From Candidatus Latescibacterota bacterium (GTDB taxonomy: Bacteria; Latescibacterota; CBDEFO01), in assembly GCA_965237525.1 (NCBI GenBank), contig CBDEFO010000007.1, forward strand, positions 64,001-128,000: DNA of 64,000 nucleotides, given 5' to 3'. The position numbers and the translations under genes were made by a program. The notes below the pieces were generated by a model. It was not told the DNA's origin. It worked only from the letters and a program-made list of their open reading frames with translations, and ran no database searches. Of the stretch, positions 20,020-30,082 are shown piece after piece; the stretch's first letter is position 1; every line of letters starts with the position of its first letter.

Positions 20020-20844
20020 ATGAGCCGGTTAAGAGTTGTCAGCCAAGAGAGAAAAAGAGAAATAGAAAGAAGAATCGATACGGAAAGACTCTTTGCGGTT
20101 ATCGGCACTACAGGCAATATAACAGATCAGGTCGCAGGGATCGCCGATGGACTCTATGAGGGGGGAGTTTCAACTTCTGAGATCACCTGCAGAGCCGCAA
20201 CGTGGTTGAATCACTTGGAAGCCCTTCAAAACTATAAGGATACAAAAAATCCTGACGTAATAGTCGCTGTCGGGACAAACACGGATATTTTTTCGGTCCA
20301 CCAGGCGATGCAAAACGGAGCAGAAGTGATTGTAGCTTCCCACGGACTTATGCCATATTCAAATCGCGCCGCCGTACCTCCCGAAAGGAGATCTCATCTA
20401 ACCGATCTGGAGACGTTCATTCAGAATCACGAGGAGGAGATCAAAGGGCTATACAAAGAGGAATTGGGAGAAGTTGACGCTTACGCCCTGATGATGGACC
20501 CGATAATGTACGTCAGCACGCGCGGGGGCATTATCATACCTGCTTCGAGCCACGCTCCGGACGGGCTGAAAGCCGTGAAGATGCGCGGTGCGAACTACCA
20601 GAAGTTGTATCCGACTCAGAGATACACGCCAGCTGAACTTGCCGAGACGTTCAAGGCGGTGACTCCGTTCGACAACTTAAGAGTCGTACTGACAGGCGGG
20701 CTGGATAAGGACAACATGGTGCCCTGGCTTAAAGTCCCCTACGTCATAGCAGCAGGTATGAGCTATCTGGCGAAGGGGACCCCAAGAGAGATTAGGGAAA
20801 AAGCGAAAAGCTCAAGAGAGATAGTAAAATCTTTAGAGGAATAG
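20020..20844 (+). CDS. KDPG/KHG aldolase-like protein with a large insertion
   Basis: SEITCR (E..R), QKLYP (Schiff-base K), TGG; GGAGG RBS before ATG 20020; convergent with a KDG kinase. Confidence 0.65.
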   Translation: MSRLRVVSQERKREIERRIDTERLFAVIGTTGNITDQVAGIADGLYEGGVSTSEITCRAATWLNHLEALQNYKDTKNPDVIVAVGTNTDIFSVHQAMQNGAEVIVASHGLMPYSNRAAVPPERRSHLTDLETFIQNHEEEIKGLYKEELGEVDAYALMMDPIMYVSTRGGIIIPASSHAPDGLKAVKMRGANYQKLYPTQRYTPAELAETFKAVTPFDNLRVVLTGGLDKDNMVPWLKVPYVIAAGMSYLAKGTPREIREKAKSSREIVKSLEE

Positions 20845-20910
20845 ACCTCCAGAAGATAGTAGACAGTTGTCAGGGCCACCTCCTCCCTTCCCTGTTTGCT
20901 GTCTACTGAT

Positions 20911-22017
20911 TTATCGCCTGGCTCTTACCCCCCCTCCTTTCTGAGCGCGGGCGATTTCTTTTTCGATCTCTGTCTGTGTCACCATCGTCGTGTCCCCAGG
21001 GGTTAGTTGCACCAGAGCGCCGTGTGCCGCGCCCCACTCGACCGCCTCTTTCAGACCCTTTCCCCCAAGCAGAGCAGCAGCAGTCCCGGAGACGAAGGAA
21101 TCGCCTCCGCCCGTTCGGTCTTTGATCTGGACGCCATCCCGCTGTGTTGCTTGATACAACTTCCGTCCCGATACGGAATACAAAATGGCGCCCCAGTTAA
21201 TCGCATCTGCAGAGATGGCCCCACGAAGCGTGGTTCCGATTAACTTGAGATTGGGAAAATCCTCGGCCACCCTTACCACCATCTTTTCGTAGGCTTCTAT
21301 CTTCAGGCTGGTGTAGTCCTGGCCCACCTCCTCTATCTCGTAGCCCAACGCCGCCTGGAAATCCTCCTCATTTCCGACGAGAAAATCTACGTACTGCACA
21401 AGTTCCCTATTGATACTTTGTGCCTTCTTCTGATCGGGCTGGAGACTCGATCTGTAGTTCAGATCAAAAGATACAAATGTGCCGGCCTCCCTTGCCGCCA
21501 TTACAGCCTCCTTTGCCACCTCGGGGGCCGTATCGGATATTAGGGTATATATCCCGCCTGTATGGAACCACCGGACGCCCCTGTGGGAGAAGAGTCCACT
21601 CCAATCTACGTCTCCCCCTTTCAACTGGCGGGCTGAGGTGTGCGCCCTGTAGTACTCGGTCACCGACGGCAGCAGTCCCTTACCGCTCCAGGTGAAGTTT
21701 ATGCCGTTGCACACCATTCCGATGCCGTCGAAATTCAACCAGACGATGTGGCTTGTATCTACGCCCGCTTCCCTCAGCTGAGCTTCAATATTTCGCCCTA
21801 CGCCGTCGTCCACCAGAGCGGTGACCACAGATGTTCTCATGCCGAAAGAGTAGCTCAATCCTTCAGCGACGTTCAGCTCACCGCCCCCGTGCCATGCCTT
21901 GAAAGTTCTGGACTTTCGTGTTGGAACATCCCCCGGATCCAATCTCAACATGACTTCACCGAGCGAGACCGCATCGTAGTCGCACTGTTCATCAGATCTG
22001 ATCGTCAATTCTGCCAT
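20911..22017 (-). CDS. kdgK: PfkB sugar kinase, 2-keto-3-deoxygluconate kinase-like
   Basis: GEVMLRLDP, GGGELNVA, FDLNYR, GNEEDFQ, DRTGGGDSF. Confidence 0.85.
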   Translation of the reverse strand: MAELTIRSDEQCDYDAVSLGEVMLRLDPGDVPTRKSRTFKAWHGGGELNVAEGLSYSFGMRTSVVTALVDDGVGRNIEAQLREAGVDTSHIVWLNFDGIGMVCNGINFTWSGKGLLPSVTEYYRAHTSARQLKGGDVDWSGLFSHRGVRWFHTGGIYTLISDTAPEVAKEAVMAAREAGTFVSFDLNYRSSLQPDQKKAQSINRELVQYVDFLVGNEEDFQAALGYEIEEVGQDYTSLKIEAYEKMVVRVAEDFPNLKLIGTTLRGAISADAINWGAILYSVSGRKLYQATQRDGVQIKDRTGGGDSFVSGTAAALLGGKGLKEAVEWGAAHGALVQLTPGDTTMVTQTEIEKEIARAQKGGGVRARR

Positions 22018-22402
22018 TTTTCATCCCTCCAAATTTCAAAGAAAAGACACTCTTGGCTTCAAGCTGCTCTAGCTTGCAAATATACGAATTTAGTTGAACA
22101 GAGTGCAAGGGGAAAATCCGTTTCAGACCAAAATGCAATCTAATTTAGGTTGGCTTCGGAATCTCTGCGTATCATAGAGGCATCTCCTCCCCTCACTGTT
22201 AGCTGCCTGCTGGGTGAACACACGGGTCCCCTCAACTCCCTGCTCCGGAGTGGACAGGACCCGAATCTGACAACAATGTCCGACAAAAATGTCCGATGTA
22301 AGTACTGATATTCGATAGGGACAAGCATAGTGATAGTCAAAGTCCTGAATATCTGTTAGCAACTACAACGTTTATGGCCGTCTCCTCAAACGTTTTCGTC
22401 TC

Positions 22403-22418
22403 TGGCACGTCTTTTGCA
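22403..22418 (+). promoter_or_regulatory. Sigma54 (-24/-12) promoter
   Basis: TGGCACG-TCTT-TTGCA with canonical GG-N10-GC spacing; upstream direct repeat AATGTCCGA x2 (about 22275-22296) may be an enhancer site. Confidence 0.75.
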
Positions 22419-22563
22419 CTACTTAGGGAATGAAACACAGCTAAAGATTCTCGGCAGACTGGCAAGGGCAAGTGCTCTTACCCCCCTCAGCACAGATGCC
22501 CTCTTAGGTCTGCCGAGAATAACGGTGATGTCCCTAAAAGGGCGGAGAATTTAGGAGAGAAGA

Positions 22564-23220
22564 ATGCCAGTTATCCAGATTCGGAATTTGGACACTTCAG
22601 AAATGAAGGACGAGGAACTTATGGCAGGGTTGTCAGACGGAGATATGTCCTGCTTTACAGGGATTGTCGAAAGATACAGGGATAGATTGATAAACTTCCT
22701 TTTCCGGTTCGTAGGGGATCGCGAGACAGCCGAGGATATAGTCCAAGAGACGTTTCTGAGGGTCTTCAAAAAGAGAAGTTCGAACGCCGACATAATGAAC
22801 TTTTCAACATGGATATTTACGATTGCGAGCAACTTGGCCAAGACAGAACTCAGACGCAGAAAAAGGTGGAAATCTATATCTATAGATGCAGGCGATCATG
22901 AAACACAAGTTCGGATAGAGGTTGCCGATGACTCACAAAGGCCTGACAACCTTGCTGAGTCGAGAATACTGGACGATATTGTGCACGACGCCATACGTTC
23001 ACTACCTCCTAAATATCGTCAGGCCATCCTGATGAGGGACGTCCAGGGATTATCTTACGAGGAGATTTCAAGGATAACTGAATGCCCGGTAGGGACTATC
23101 AAATCGAGAGCAAACAGAAGCAGACTCAGGCTTCAGCGTAAACTCAGGAAGTTCAAGGATGAGATCCCTCCCTTGACTGATAGGGTCTATGCTCTGGTCC
23201 CCGAAAAGGTGATGAGGTGA
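22564..23220 (+). CDS. ECF RNA polymerase sigma factor (RpoE/SigW-like)
   Basis: AEDIVQETFLRV, FSTWIFTIASN, GLSYEEIS..CPVGTIKSR. Confidence 0.92.
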   Translation: MPVIQIRNLDTSEMKDEELMAGLSDGDMSCFTGIVERYRDRLINFLFRFVGDRETAEDIVQETFLRVFKKRSSNADIMNFSTWIFTIASNLAKTELRRRKRWKSISIDAGDHETQVRIEVADDSQRPDNLAESRILDDIVHDAIRSLPPKYRQAILMRDVQGLSYEEISRITECPVGTIKSRANRSRLRLQRKLRKFKDEIPPLTDRVYALVPEKVMR

Positions 23221-23233
23221 GCCCTCAAAAAGG

Positions 23234-23809
23234 GTGAGGATAATGAACAAATTTCGAAGAAAGACTGTGCCTTTATTGATCCTGCTATCTGTTGCATTTA
23301 CTCCGAAAGCTGGATCGGCGTCACAGCAAGATTCCAGATCGATTGTCCTGGATCGGAAGGGCAACAGGTTTGAGGTATCAAATCTTCTTTTAGGGGGACG
23401 TAACGATCTGGTCTTTACAGCGGGAAAGCAGAGATACAGGATTAAGTTTAATCAGATAAGAAAAGTAGAGCTTCAGGGGCATAGCGCAGATGAGAAGAAA
23501 TCGATAGTGGTAACACTCAGGGATGGCAAAGTACTGAGTGGAGCCATATTTGCAGATACGAATACGCCCAACACGAGCGGCTCTATCAGATTTAGAGTGA
23601 GTAAGACGCTTTCAGGTGAGACAAAGTTGGGAAAGTTTTCCCTGTCCCTCAAGGACGTCAGGCAGATAGTCTTTCGCCACGATGAAAGTATAAGATATTG
23701 CCCGGTGGATCAAAAGAGGTTCGTCGACTCGGAATTCAACTTTTGTCCATATCACGGCGATAGGCTTGTTACAGGGAAGGATCTCGCTAGGGTAATCGTA
23801 GTGGAATGA
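23234..23809 (+). CDS. Hypothetical exported protein with C-terminal Cys/His zinc-ribbon-like motif
   Basis: Signal-like N-terminus; CPVD..FNFCPYHG. Confidence 0.6.
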   Translation: MRIMNKFRRKTVPLLILLSVAFTPKAGSASQQDSRSIVLDRKGNRFEVSNLLLGGRNDLVFTAGKQRYRIKFNQIRKVELQGHSADEKKSIVVTLRDGKVLSGAIFADTNTPNTSGSIRFRVSKTLSGETKLGKFSLSLKDVRQIVFRHDESIRYCPVDQKRFVDSEFNFCPYHGDRLVTGKDLARVIVVE

Positions 23810-24205
23810 TAAACTGCGCGTGATATATACAGCACAAGAGCGATCATCAAATACGATGGTCGCTCTTTTTCTTTGTACAACACGAGAAGCTTTACAAAAC
23901 CTTCTAATCTCATTCGGAAAGACAAAGTTTAAGTTTTGCAGAGAGATAACGATTTGTCCCAACGTATGTATTCGTAGAGGCGAGCTAACCCCGGCATACA
24001 TTCGGTTTGGGTTGCTTATTTCAGGGCCCACAGGGGCGAACCCATGCGGAGAAACTCCTGCAAAAATGCTACCTTTCCGAATCACAAAAAACCTTGTAAA
24101 GACTTCTGGACTTGGAGCGTGGTTGTTCGTATATTTTATACTTGGATTCAGTCTTTGAAAAGGCCCTAGCTCAAGTTATCTGACTGTTATTGATGGAGGA
24201 GAGCA

Positions 24206-24724
24206 ATGACACTCAAGATGTTAGGGAAAAGGATAGTGGAAGTGGCCTATTTAGAAGGGGATTTTGTGCTGAGTTCGGGTAAAAGGAGCAATTATTACCT
24301 GGACAAGTATCTCTTTCTGGGGCAGCCGGAGATATTGAAAGCCATAGCGACACATATAGCCCAAATGATCCCCGACAAAGTGGACAGAATAGCCGGCCCG
24401 GAACTCGGAGCGGTGCCTTTAGCGGCGGCTCTTTCTATCCAGACAGGCATACCATTTGTCATAGTCCGAAAGGAGGCAAAGGGATACGGCACAAGCGCAC
24501 AGGTGGAAGGAGGCATAAAGATAGGAGAATCACTAATCTTGATAGAGGACGTGGCAACTACGGGAAGTCAAGCTATCGCTGCAGCCGAACATCTGACACG
24601 GATAGGCAATAAAATCGTAAAAATAATATGTGTTATAGACAGGGAAGAAGGAGCAAAACAGAACGCTCAAGAGGCGGGATACACACTGGAATCCCTCTTT
24701 ACAAAGACTGGCTTGGGGATATAG
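24206..24724 (+). CDS. pyrE: Orotate phosphoribosyltransferase
   Basis: GDFVLSSGKRSNYYLDK, RKEAKGYG, IEDVATTG. Confidence 0.93.
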   Translation: MTLKMLGKRIVEVAYLEGDFVLSSGKRSNYYLDKYLFLGQPEILKAIATHIAQMIPDKVDRIAGPELGAVPLAAALSIQTGIPFVIVRKEAKGYGTSAQVEGGIKIGESLILIEDVATTGSQAIAAAEHLTRIGNKIVKIICVIDREEGAKQNAQEAGYTLESLFTKTGLGI

Positions 24725-24764
24725 CGAGCGAACACAAGAGCGCACGCCTAATGCATTAACTATT

Positions 24765-25061
24765 CTACAAATACCCGAGGTCTTTCAGCAACTTCTTAAC
24801 AGTCTCTACATCCTCAGGCGCTAATTCTTGATTGACCGGCAGTTTGGATAAAGGATGATCAGGTCTGCCCCAGGATATTCCTGCCCAGACCCGTTCGTGT
24901 CCATAATACAACAGCATTTTCGACAGAAGTTCGAAGAATCCTATGCCCAACGATAACATCAACTGATTAGTAAAGATATAGACTATGACCATCGTCGTGA
25001 ATGTAGCAAGCACCCTCCAACTGATGGTCTTAACGATGCTCCTTTTGCTCGGTTCTTTCAT
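24765..25061 (-). CDS. DUF2061-like small membrane protein
   Basis: RSIVKTISWR..LLYYGHERVW. Confidence 0.8.
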   Translation of the reverse strand: MKEPSKRSIVKTISWRVLATFTTMVIVYIFTNQLMLSLGIGFFELLSKMLLYYGHERVWAGISWGRPDHPLSKLPVNQELAPEDVETVKKLLKDLGYL

Positions 25062-25111
25062 AGCTCCTCATTTAATGATGAAATGTTTTGCTATCCTATT
25101 AGCAATTGGAA

Positions 25112-25476
25112 GAGCCGAAGCCAACCTATAAGCCGAGTTCTGTCTCCAAAGGAGGGCGATCATCTGTCTGGGATGCCGATTCCTCGACACCTCAATGCGG
25201 TCTACCCAGAGGTCGAACGGGACGGGCAGCCCCTCCCTCTCTATTTGACCTTGCTTCCGATGGGGTTTAGCCTGCCGCTTCTGTCGCCAGAAGCTCGGTG
25301 AGCTCTTACCTCGCCTTTTCACCTTTGCCTGTGCCTAAGAAGGGCCATCGGCTGTGTGTTTTCTGTGCCACTTTCCATCGGGTTACCCCGCCTGGGAGTT
25401 ACCCAGCATCGTGCCCTTTGAAGCTCGGACTTTCCTCACTTTTAAAAAAGCGCGATCGCCCGGTTTGCTTCGACTC
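25112..25476 (-). ncRNA. rnpB: RNase P RNA (type A)
   Basis: Minus strand GAGGAAAGTCCGAGC..GGAAAGTGGCACAGAAA..GGTAAGAGC..AAACCCC..GACAGAACTCGGCTTA; ends pair (P1). Confidence 0.96.
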
Positions 25477-25675
25477 TTTTTCAGTCCTCAGTCCTAATCT
25501 ATGTAAAACGTAATTCGTAATAGTAGAGGCAGTTCTTATAAGCCAAAAGAAAGCAATAGGTTAAAGCACGACATTAGACTAATTTCAAAATCTCTCCCAA
25601 GCTCTTGTCTAACTATTACTTTTCAAGATACATTTCTTATTATGCAGTGTCCACATATTAGCTATAGAAAAGTAC

Positions 25676-26010
25676 GGCAGAGGACTCCCGGATTTAACTC
25701 GGAGATGAATGCTGCTAGTGCCCCCAGAAAGTTTAGTTTCCCAACGGACAAAACATTTCCTTTTTTTGTATTTTTATATTTCTCATAAGGCTGGGAGTGC
25801 CGGGCCTGCCGCTAAGGGCGACCTGCTCTTTAGCAGTAGAACAGGTCGAAGGTTCTGAAACCGAATCTTGGGAGCCCGTCTCTGACAATAACCATTAAGC
25901 GCCAGCTTCGAGAGAATTCACAGGCTGAGCGCGGCTTTCAGGTGCTAACGCTGACTGTTGGGTCGAGCGCTGCCTGATAAACCCCTTTATTTAACGGCGA
26001 GAGTCGTCAT
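25676..26010 (+). mobile_element. Non-autonomous IS200/IS605-like mini element with structured omega-RNA-like region
   Basis: Left-end-like hairpin CTCCCGGATTTAACTCGGAGATGAAT, right-end-like AAACCCC..GAGTCGTCA, several internal hairpins, no ORF; family assignment is from recalled resemblance only. Confidence 0.5.
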
Positions 26011-26729
26011 CAGTTCATCTTATCTGCTTTCCAGACCAGTATCCTCCCACAACTTTCACACGCAATCACTCTGTCGTTTCTTCTGATTTCGCTGGCCCTC
26101 TGAGGTGGAAGTTGTCTAAAGCATCCTCCACAAGCTCCTTTCATTACTGGAACCACAGCAATACTTTTACCACGCCGAACCCTCTTGTAAACTGACAAAG
26201 CCCTCCTATCTACACCGTCCTGAACGATCTTTCCTTTGCCCTCCAAAGCGTCTATATCCCCGTCCAAAGACCGTAACTTTTCGGACAATTCGGAGATCTT
26301 GCTCGATTTTTCGGCATCCATTTCTGCGAGGGCTCCAGACTCAACCTCCATTTTAGTCTTCAGCTCTTCAATTCCCTCCATCGCTGCCAAGATCTCAGAT
26401 TCGCTAAGGTCGATCTTCTTCTGATAGGTCTGGATCTCCCCCTGCAGCGCGTCATATTCTCTGTTTGTCTTTATATTACGCTGGTAGAGTCGACCCTGGT
26501 GCTCCTTCAACTCCCCGTTGGCGACCTCCAACTCCCGCTCAAAGTGGCGCCTGTTCTTTTCAAGCTCCTGGGAATCTTCTTCCTTTTGGCACAAGGCCTC
26601 CTTCGCTGCCTTTAACTCCTGCCCCAAACGTTCTATTTCCTTGGGATACTCCTCTCTTGACTTCTTAAGATCGTCGATAGCGCTGTCTATCTCTTGAAGA
26701 TCTAAAAGCTTCGTAAGATTTTCTTTCAT
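26010..26729 (-). CDS. C4-type zinc-ribbon coiled-coil protein (CT398/DUF164-like)
   Basis: LLDLQEID, long coiled coil, CGGC..CESCGRIL. Confidence 0.9.
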   Translation of the reverse strand: MKENLTKLLDLQEIDSAIDDLKKSREEYPKEIERLGQELKAAKEALCQKEEDSQELEKNRRHFERELEVANGELKEHQGRLYQRNIKTNREYDALQGEIQTYQKKIDLSESEILAAMEGIEELKTKMEVESGALAEMDAEKSSKISELSEKLRSLDGDIDALEGKGKIVQDGVDRRALSVYKRVRRGKSIAVVPVMKGACGGCFRQLPPQRASEIRRNDRVIACESCGRILVWKADKMN

Positions 26730-26762
26730 ACTCTACCCCCTTAAACTTACATAAGATAGCAT

Positions 26763-26792
26763 AAAAAAAGCGCACCATCTAAGTGCGCTTTT
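26763..26792 (-). terminator. Intrinsic terminator after the tRNA pair
   Basis: AAAAGCGCAC-loop-GTGCGCTTTT with a U-tract on the minus strand. Confidence 0.65.
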
Positions 26793-26883
26793 GTATAACC
26801 CTCGACTTATGTTTATTAATCCGAATTTATAGCCGTTGCAAAGACCGCCTCGCCAGACTCCCGATCTTATCTTTTCATATAGA

Positions 26884-26960
26884 TGGTGGGCGATACTGGA
26901 CTCGAACCAGTGACCTCTGGTATGTGAAACCAGCGCTCTGACCAGCTGAGCTAACCGCCC
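26884..26960 (-). tRNA. tRNA-Val (CAC)
   Basis: GGGCGGTTAGCTCAG..CTGGT-TTCACAT-ACCAG..GGTTCGAGTCC..CGCCCACCA. Confidence 0.96.
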
Positions 26961-27016
26961 CTGCCAGCCACGTTTAAAAAACATTCTATATGACCTTCTC
27001 CTTGAAGTATATATTT

Positions 27017-27093
27017 TGGTGGGTCCACTAGGACTCGAACCTAGGACCTACTGATTATGAGTCAGTTGCTCTAACCGACTGAGCTATGGACCC
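27017..27093 (-). tRNA. tRNA with CAT anticodon, Ile2 (lysidine)-type
   Basis: GGGTCCATAGCTCAG..CTGACTCATAATCAG..GGACCCACCA; paired 1-72 and no initiator GGG/CCC anticodon stem. Confidence 0.9.
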
Positions 27094-27127
27094 TCACTTT
27101 ATAATTTAACAAATCCCGATCAAAATT

Positions 27128-28921
27128 TCAAGATGTTTTTTTAATATCGATAAGAGAGCGTTTTCTCCTGTCCAAAGCGACATGCTCTCGAAGGAGCTCT
27201 GTTACTTTCTTATCGTCTCCTTCATTTTCAGCTTCTTTAATCTTTGCTTCGAGCTCTTCTATCCTCTTTTCTATAGACTTTCGCTGCAGTCTTCGTATGT
27301 GGTCATCTAAAGACTGTTCTATCTGAGATTCATCGAAGTCCTCCAAAGATATCTTTGAGATCAGCTTTGCAAGTTTTGAGTCTCTTGAATCCTCGCCCAA
27401 AGTCACTACGCCGACGTCTACACCCCTTTCTGACGCTTTAAATATCAGACTTGCTATCTGTCTGTGCGATTTCTCCGTGAAATCCTCCGGAGCTATCAGA
27501 TCCTTTGCCTCTCTGACTGCATCCTTGCAGTTTATCATTATCTTCAAAAGCTCTCTTTCCCATTTGGGTTCTGAGACGGTCACATCTTCTATTTCATCTG
27601 ACTCTGTCTTTTTGGCTGTCCTCCTTTTCGATTTGTCAATTATCCTCCCGACGGCCCTGTACAGAGTCTTTTCATCCACGCTGAACTCGTCAGCTATCCC
27701 CTTTATCAAGAGATTCCTCTTTATCTCGTCCTTAACCTTGGACACGCTCTCAGATAGAGAATTCAAGGCCTTGGTTTTCCCCTCCACATGTGAGAGCAAC
27801 CCCTCTTTTTTCATAAGATCTATCTTGTAGTCCAGAAAATAGCTCGCATTATTCAGGTGATCATAAAAGCTATCTTTTCCTCTATCCTTTATGAAACTGT
27901 CAGGGTCATATCCCATCGGCAGGGAAACTATCTCAGGGGTAAGGTCAGATCCCAGCAGGACATCCATCCCCCTCAAAGACGCCGAAGAGCCTGCGGCATC
28001 AGAGTCATAAACTATGATTACTCTGTCTGTATAGCGCGATAGCAATCTGGCCTGTTCGTAAGTAAAAGCGGTCCCCGAAGACGCAACTGCGTTGTCTATC
28101 CCCTCCTGAACGAGCCTTATGAGGTCCATATATCCCTCCACAACTATCGCAGACCCCTCTTTCCTTATGGAATCCTTGGCCTGATGGAGGCCGTACAGGA
28201 CCGATCCCTTGTGATATATTTCCGTATCGGGAGAGTTGAGATACTTGGGCTCCTGATCGTCGTCCAAAGTCCTCGCGCCGAAGCCTGTAACTTTTCCGCT
28301 TATCCCCACGATGGGAAACGTAATCCTGTCTCTGAATCTGTCGTAAAAGCCGCCGTCCTTCCTCGCAATTGCCAATCCCGCTCTTGCCAGGATCTCTCCT
28401 GAAAGCCCTCGCTTTTGCGCTTGTTTCAGAAGATCGTCCCAATCTGGAAGAGAATAGCCCAAAGAGAACCTTTGAACTGTCTCTTCGGACAATCCCCTCT
28501 CCCTCAGATAGGCACGCGCACCCTCGCTACGTTTGTCCTTCCATAGAAGATGGCAGAAATAGTCCTTTGCCAGTTGATTGGCTCTATATAGATCGTCATT
28601 AGAAGCCTTCTCACCCCTTCCGACAGATGGCAGGCTAATCCCAGTCCTTTCTGATAGAGACCTTACCGCCTCAAAAAAGCTCACCTTCTCAAGCTCCATT
28701 AGGAACGAAAAGACGTTTCCTCCAGAGCCGCAGCCGAAGCAATAGTACATCTGTTTTTCCGGACTTACGCTGAAGGAAGGGGTCTTTTCAGCGTGGAAGG
28801 GACAAAGAGCGGAGAAATTGCGCCCTCTCTTCTGCAGGGAGACATAATCGGACACCACTTCCACAATATCGACCGAATCCTTGATCCTCTCCACCAATTC
28901 GTCAGGAACCCTGTAAGCCAT
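27128..28921 (-). CDS. dnaG: DNA primase
   Basis: CHC2 zinc finger (CPFHAEKTPSF..CFGC), PKYLNSP, TOPRIM VEGYMD..YDSDAAG. Confidence 0.97.
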   Translation of the reverse strand: MAYRVPDELVERIKDSVDIVEVVSDYVSLQKRGRNFSALCPFHAEKTPSFSVSPEKQMYYCFGCGSGGNVFSFLMELEKVSFFEAVRSLSERTGISLPSVGRGEKASNDDLYRANQLAKDYFCHLLWKDKRSEGARAYLRERGLSEETVQRFSLGYSLPDWDDLLKQAQKRGLSGEILARAGLAIARKDGGFYDRFRDRITFPIVGISGKVTGFGARTLDDDQEPKYLNSPDTEIYHKGSVLYGLHQAKDSIRKEGSAIVVEGYMDLIRLVQEGIDNAVASSGTAFTYEQARLLSRYTDRVIIVYDSDAAGSSASLRGMDVLLGSDLTPEIVSLPMGYDPDSFIKDRGKDSFYDHLNNASYFLDYKIDLMKKEGLLSHVEGKTKALNSLSESVSKVKDEIKRNLLIKGIADEFSVDEKTLYRAVGRIIDKSKRRTAKKTESDEIEDVTVSEPKWERELLKIMINCKDAVREAKDLIAPEDFTEKSHRQIASLIFKASERGVDVGVVTLGEDSRDSKLAKLISKISLEDFDESQIEQSLDDHIRRLQRKSIEKRIEELEAKIKEAENEGDDKKVTELLREHVALDRRKRSLIDIKKTS

Positions 28922-29084
28922 GATCTATTCTATCCTATGTCTTCCGGTCCATAGATCCTATCGGTCCAGGCATATTGTTTGATTCCGATTACAAATATTA
29001 AGCTAAATGTTCCAGACTTTCTCAAGGGAAATACGTGTTGTTGGATACTCTTGCTTAGAACTTGAATTCTCGTATCTTTTCCAA

Positions 29085-29649
29085 CTAATTCGATCCTTCT
29101 TGAACAGTTAAACGCCTGAATGCTTCAAGAGCAATAGATATGAGAGAGTCGACCACTTTTTTCTTCAACAGACCCTTTAACAGAAATCCGGGAACGAAAA
29201 AATCTGGTCTGGCTTTAAGAGAATAGGTTAAAACCGAACCCTTATCCGCCCTCTCCAATCCCCAGGAGCCCTCATAAAGCTTGAAATCTCCCTCTTTCTG
29301 CCGAAAAGTTATACCGAGCAAAAAAATCTTCCTTCACCTCAAGGAGTGCATGAATCTTACGGCTGAACAAGAAAAAATTTGCTATTCCCACCTGATCCAG
29401 GAGGATACCCCCATCGCTGTCAAATCCCAGGGAGTCACTGCTGACCATATCCGGCATAAAGGTCTCCAGGTTATCATAGTCCGTTATCACCTCCCACACT
29501 ATCCGATCGGGAGCGGCTATCTGAACCCTGCCCTCTACGTAGTATATGCCCTCGTGCTTTTCTATTTTTACATCAGCGTTTGGCTCAAAGTCCGATGCCT
29601 CTAAGGCAGCGGTCAAGAATAGGGAGATTAGGATTAGCGTTTTAGACAT
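29085..29649 (-). pseudogene. SRPBCC/polyketide-cyclase-fold exported protein, frameshifted
   Basis: VWEVITDYDNLETFMP (29272-29649) continues as ITFRQKEGDFKLYEGSW (29085-29321); shift at A7 run 29320-29326. Confidence 0.7.
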
Positions 29650-29771
29650 CTTGCTTACGAATCTTCACTTTCGACTATCCCCCCTCAGTCTCGTATAAGT
29701 TCCGATTACGAAAATAAACAAAAAACCCACTAAAGTCAAAAGTATATTTAAGGGAACTGCGTGAATCCTCA

Positions 29772-30065
29772 ATTCCCGAAACTTGCGCCCTCTCTCAGAA
29801 TTATCCCAATCCGTTCAACCCCCAAACAGTGATACATTATGATCTTCCTGTTGGAAGCCATGTTGATATATCTGTCTTCAATCTGATGGGACAGAAGGTC
29901 GCGACACTGGTGGATGGTCACAGATCAGCAGGTAGCTACTCTTTGGTCTGGGATGGCAAAGATAGTAATGGAAAGAGTCTTGCCAGCGGAGTCTATTTCT
30001 ATCGGATAGAGGCAGATGGCTCGGAGAGATTTGTGCAGACAAGGAAACTGGTCTTGATGAGGTAG
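29772..30065 (+). pseudogene. Orphan FlgD-Ig/T9SS-type C-terminal sorting domain fragment
   Basis: ALSQNYPNPFNPQTVIHYDLP..WDGKD..ASGVYFYRI..TRKLVLMR; in-frame stop at 29715 and no N-terminal cargo domain. Confidence 0.75.
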
Positions 30066-30082
30066 ACTTTACTACGATCTAT

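Noticed and set aside
23820..24158. 112-aa ORF upstream of pyrE
   Set aside because: No RBS or motif; region contains decayed REP-like sequence
25068..25513. Short ORFs overlapping rnpB (also 26733-26984 over tRNA-Val)
   Set aside because: Shadow ORFs of RNA genes
25789..26009. 6S RNA or tmRNA
   Set aside because: No tRNA-like ends or tag ORF, and local hairpins rather than one long end-to-end rod; not formally excluded without Rfam
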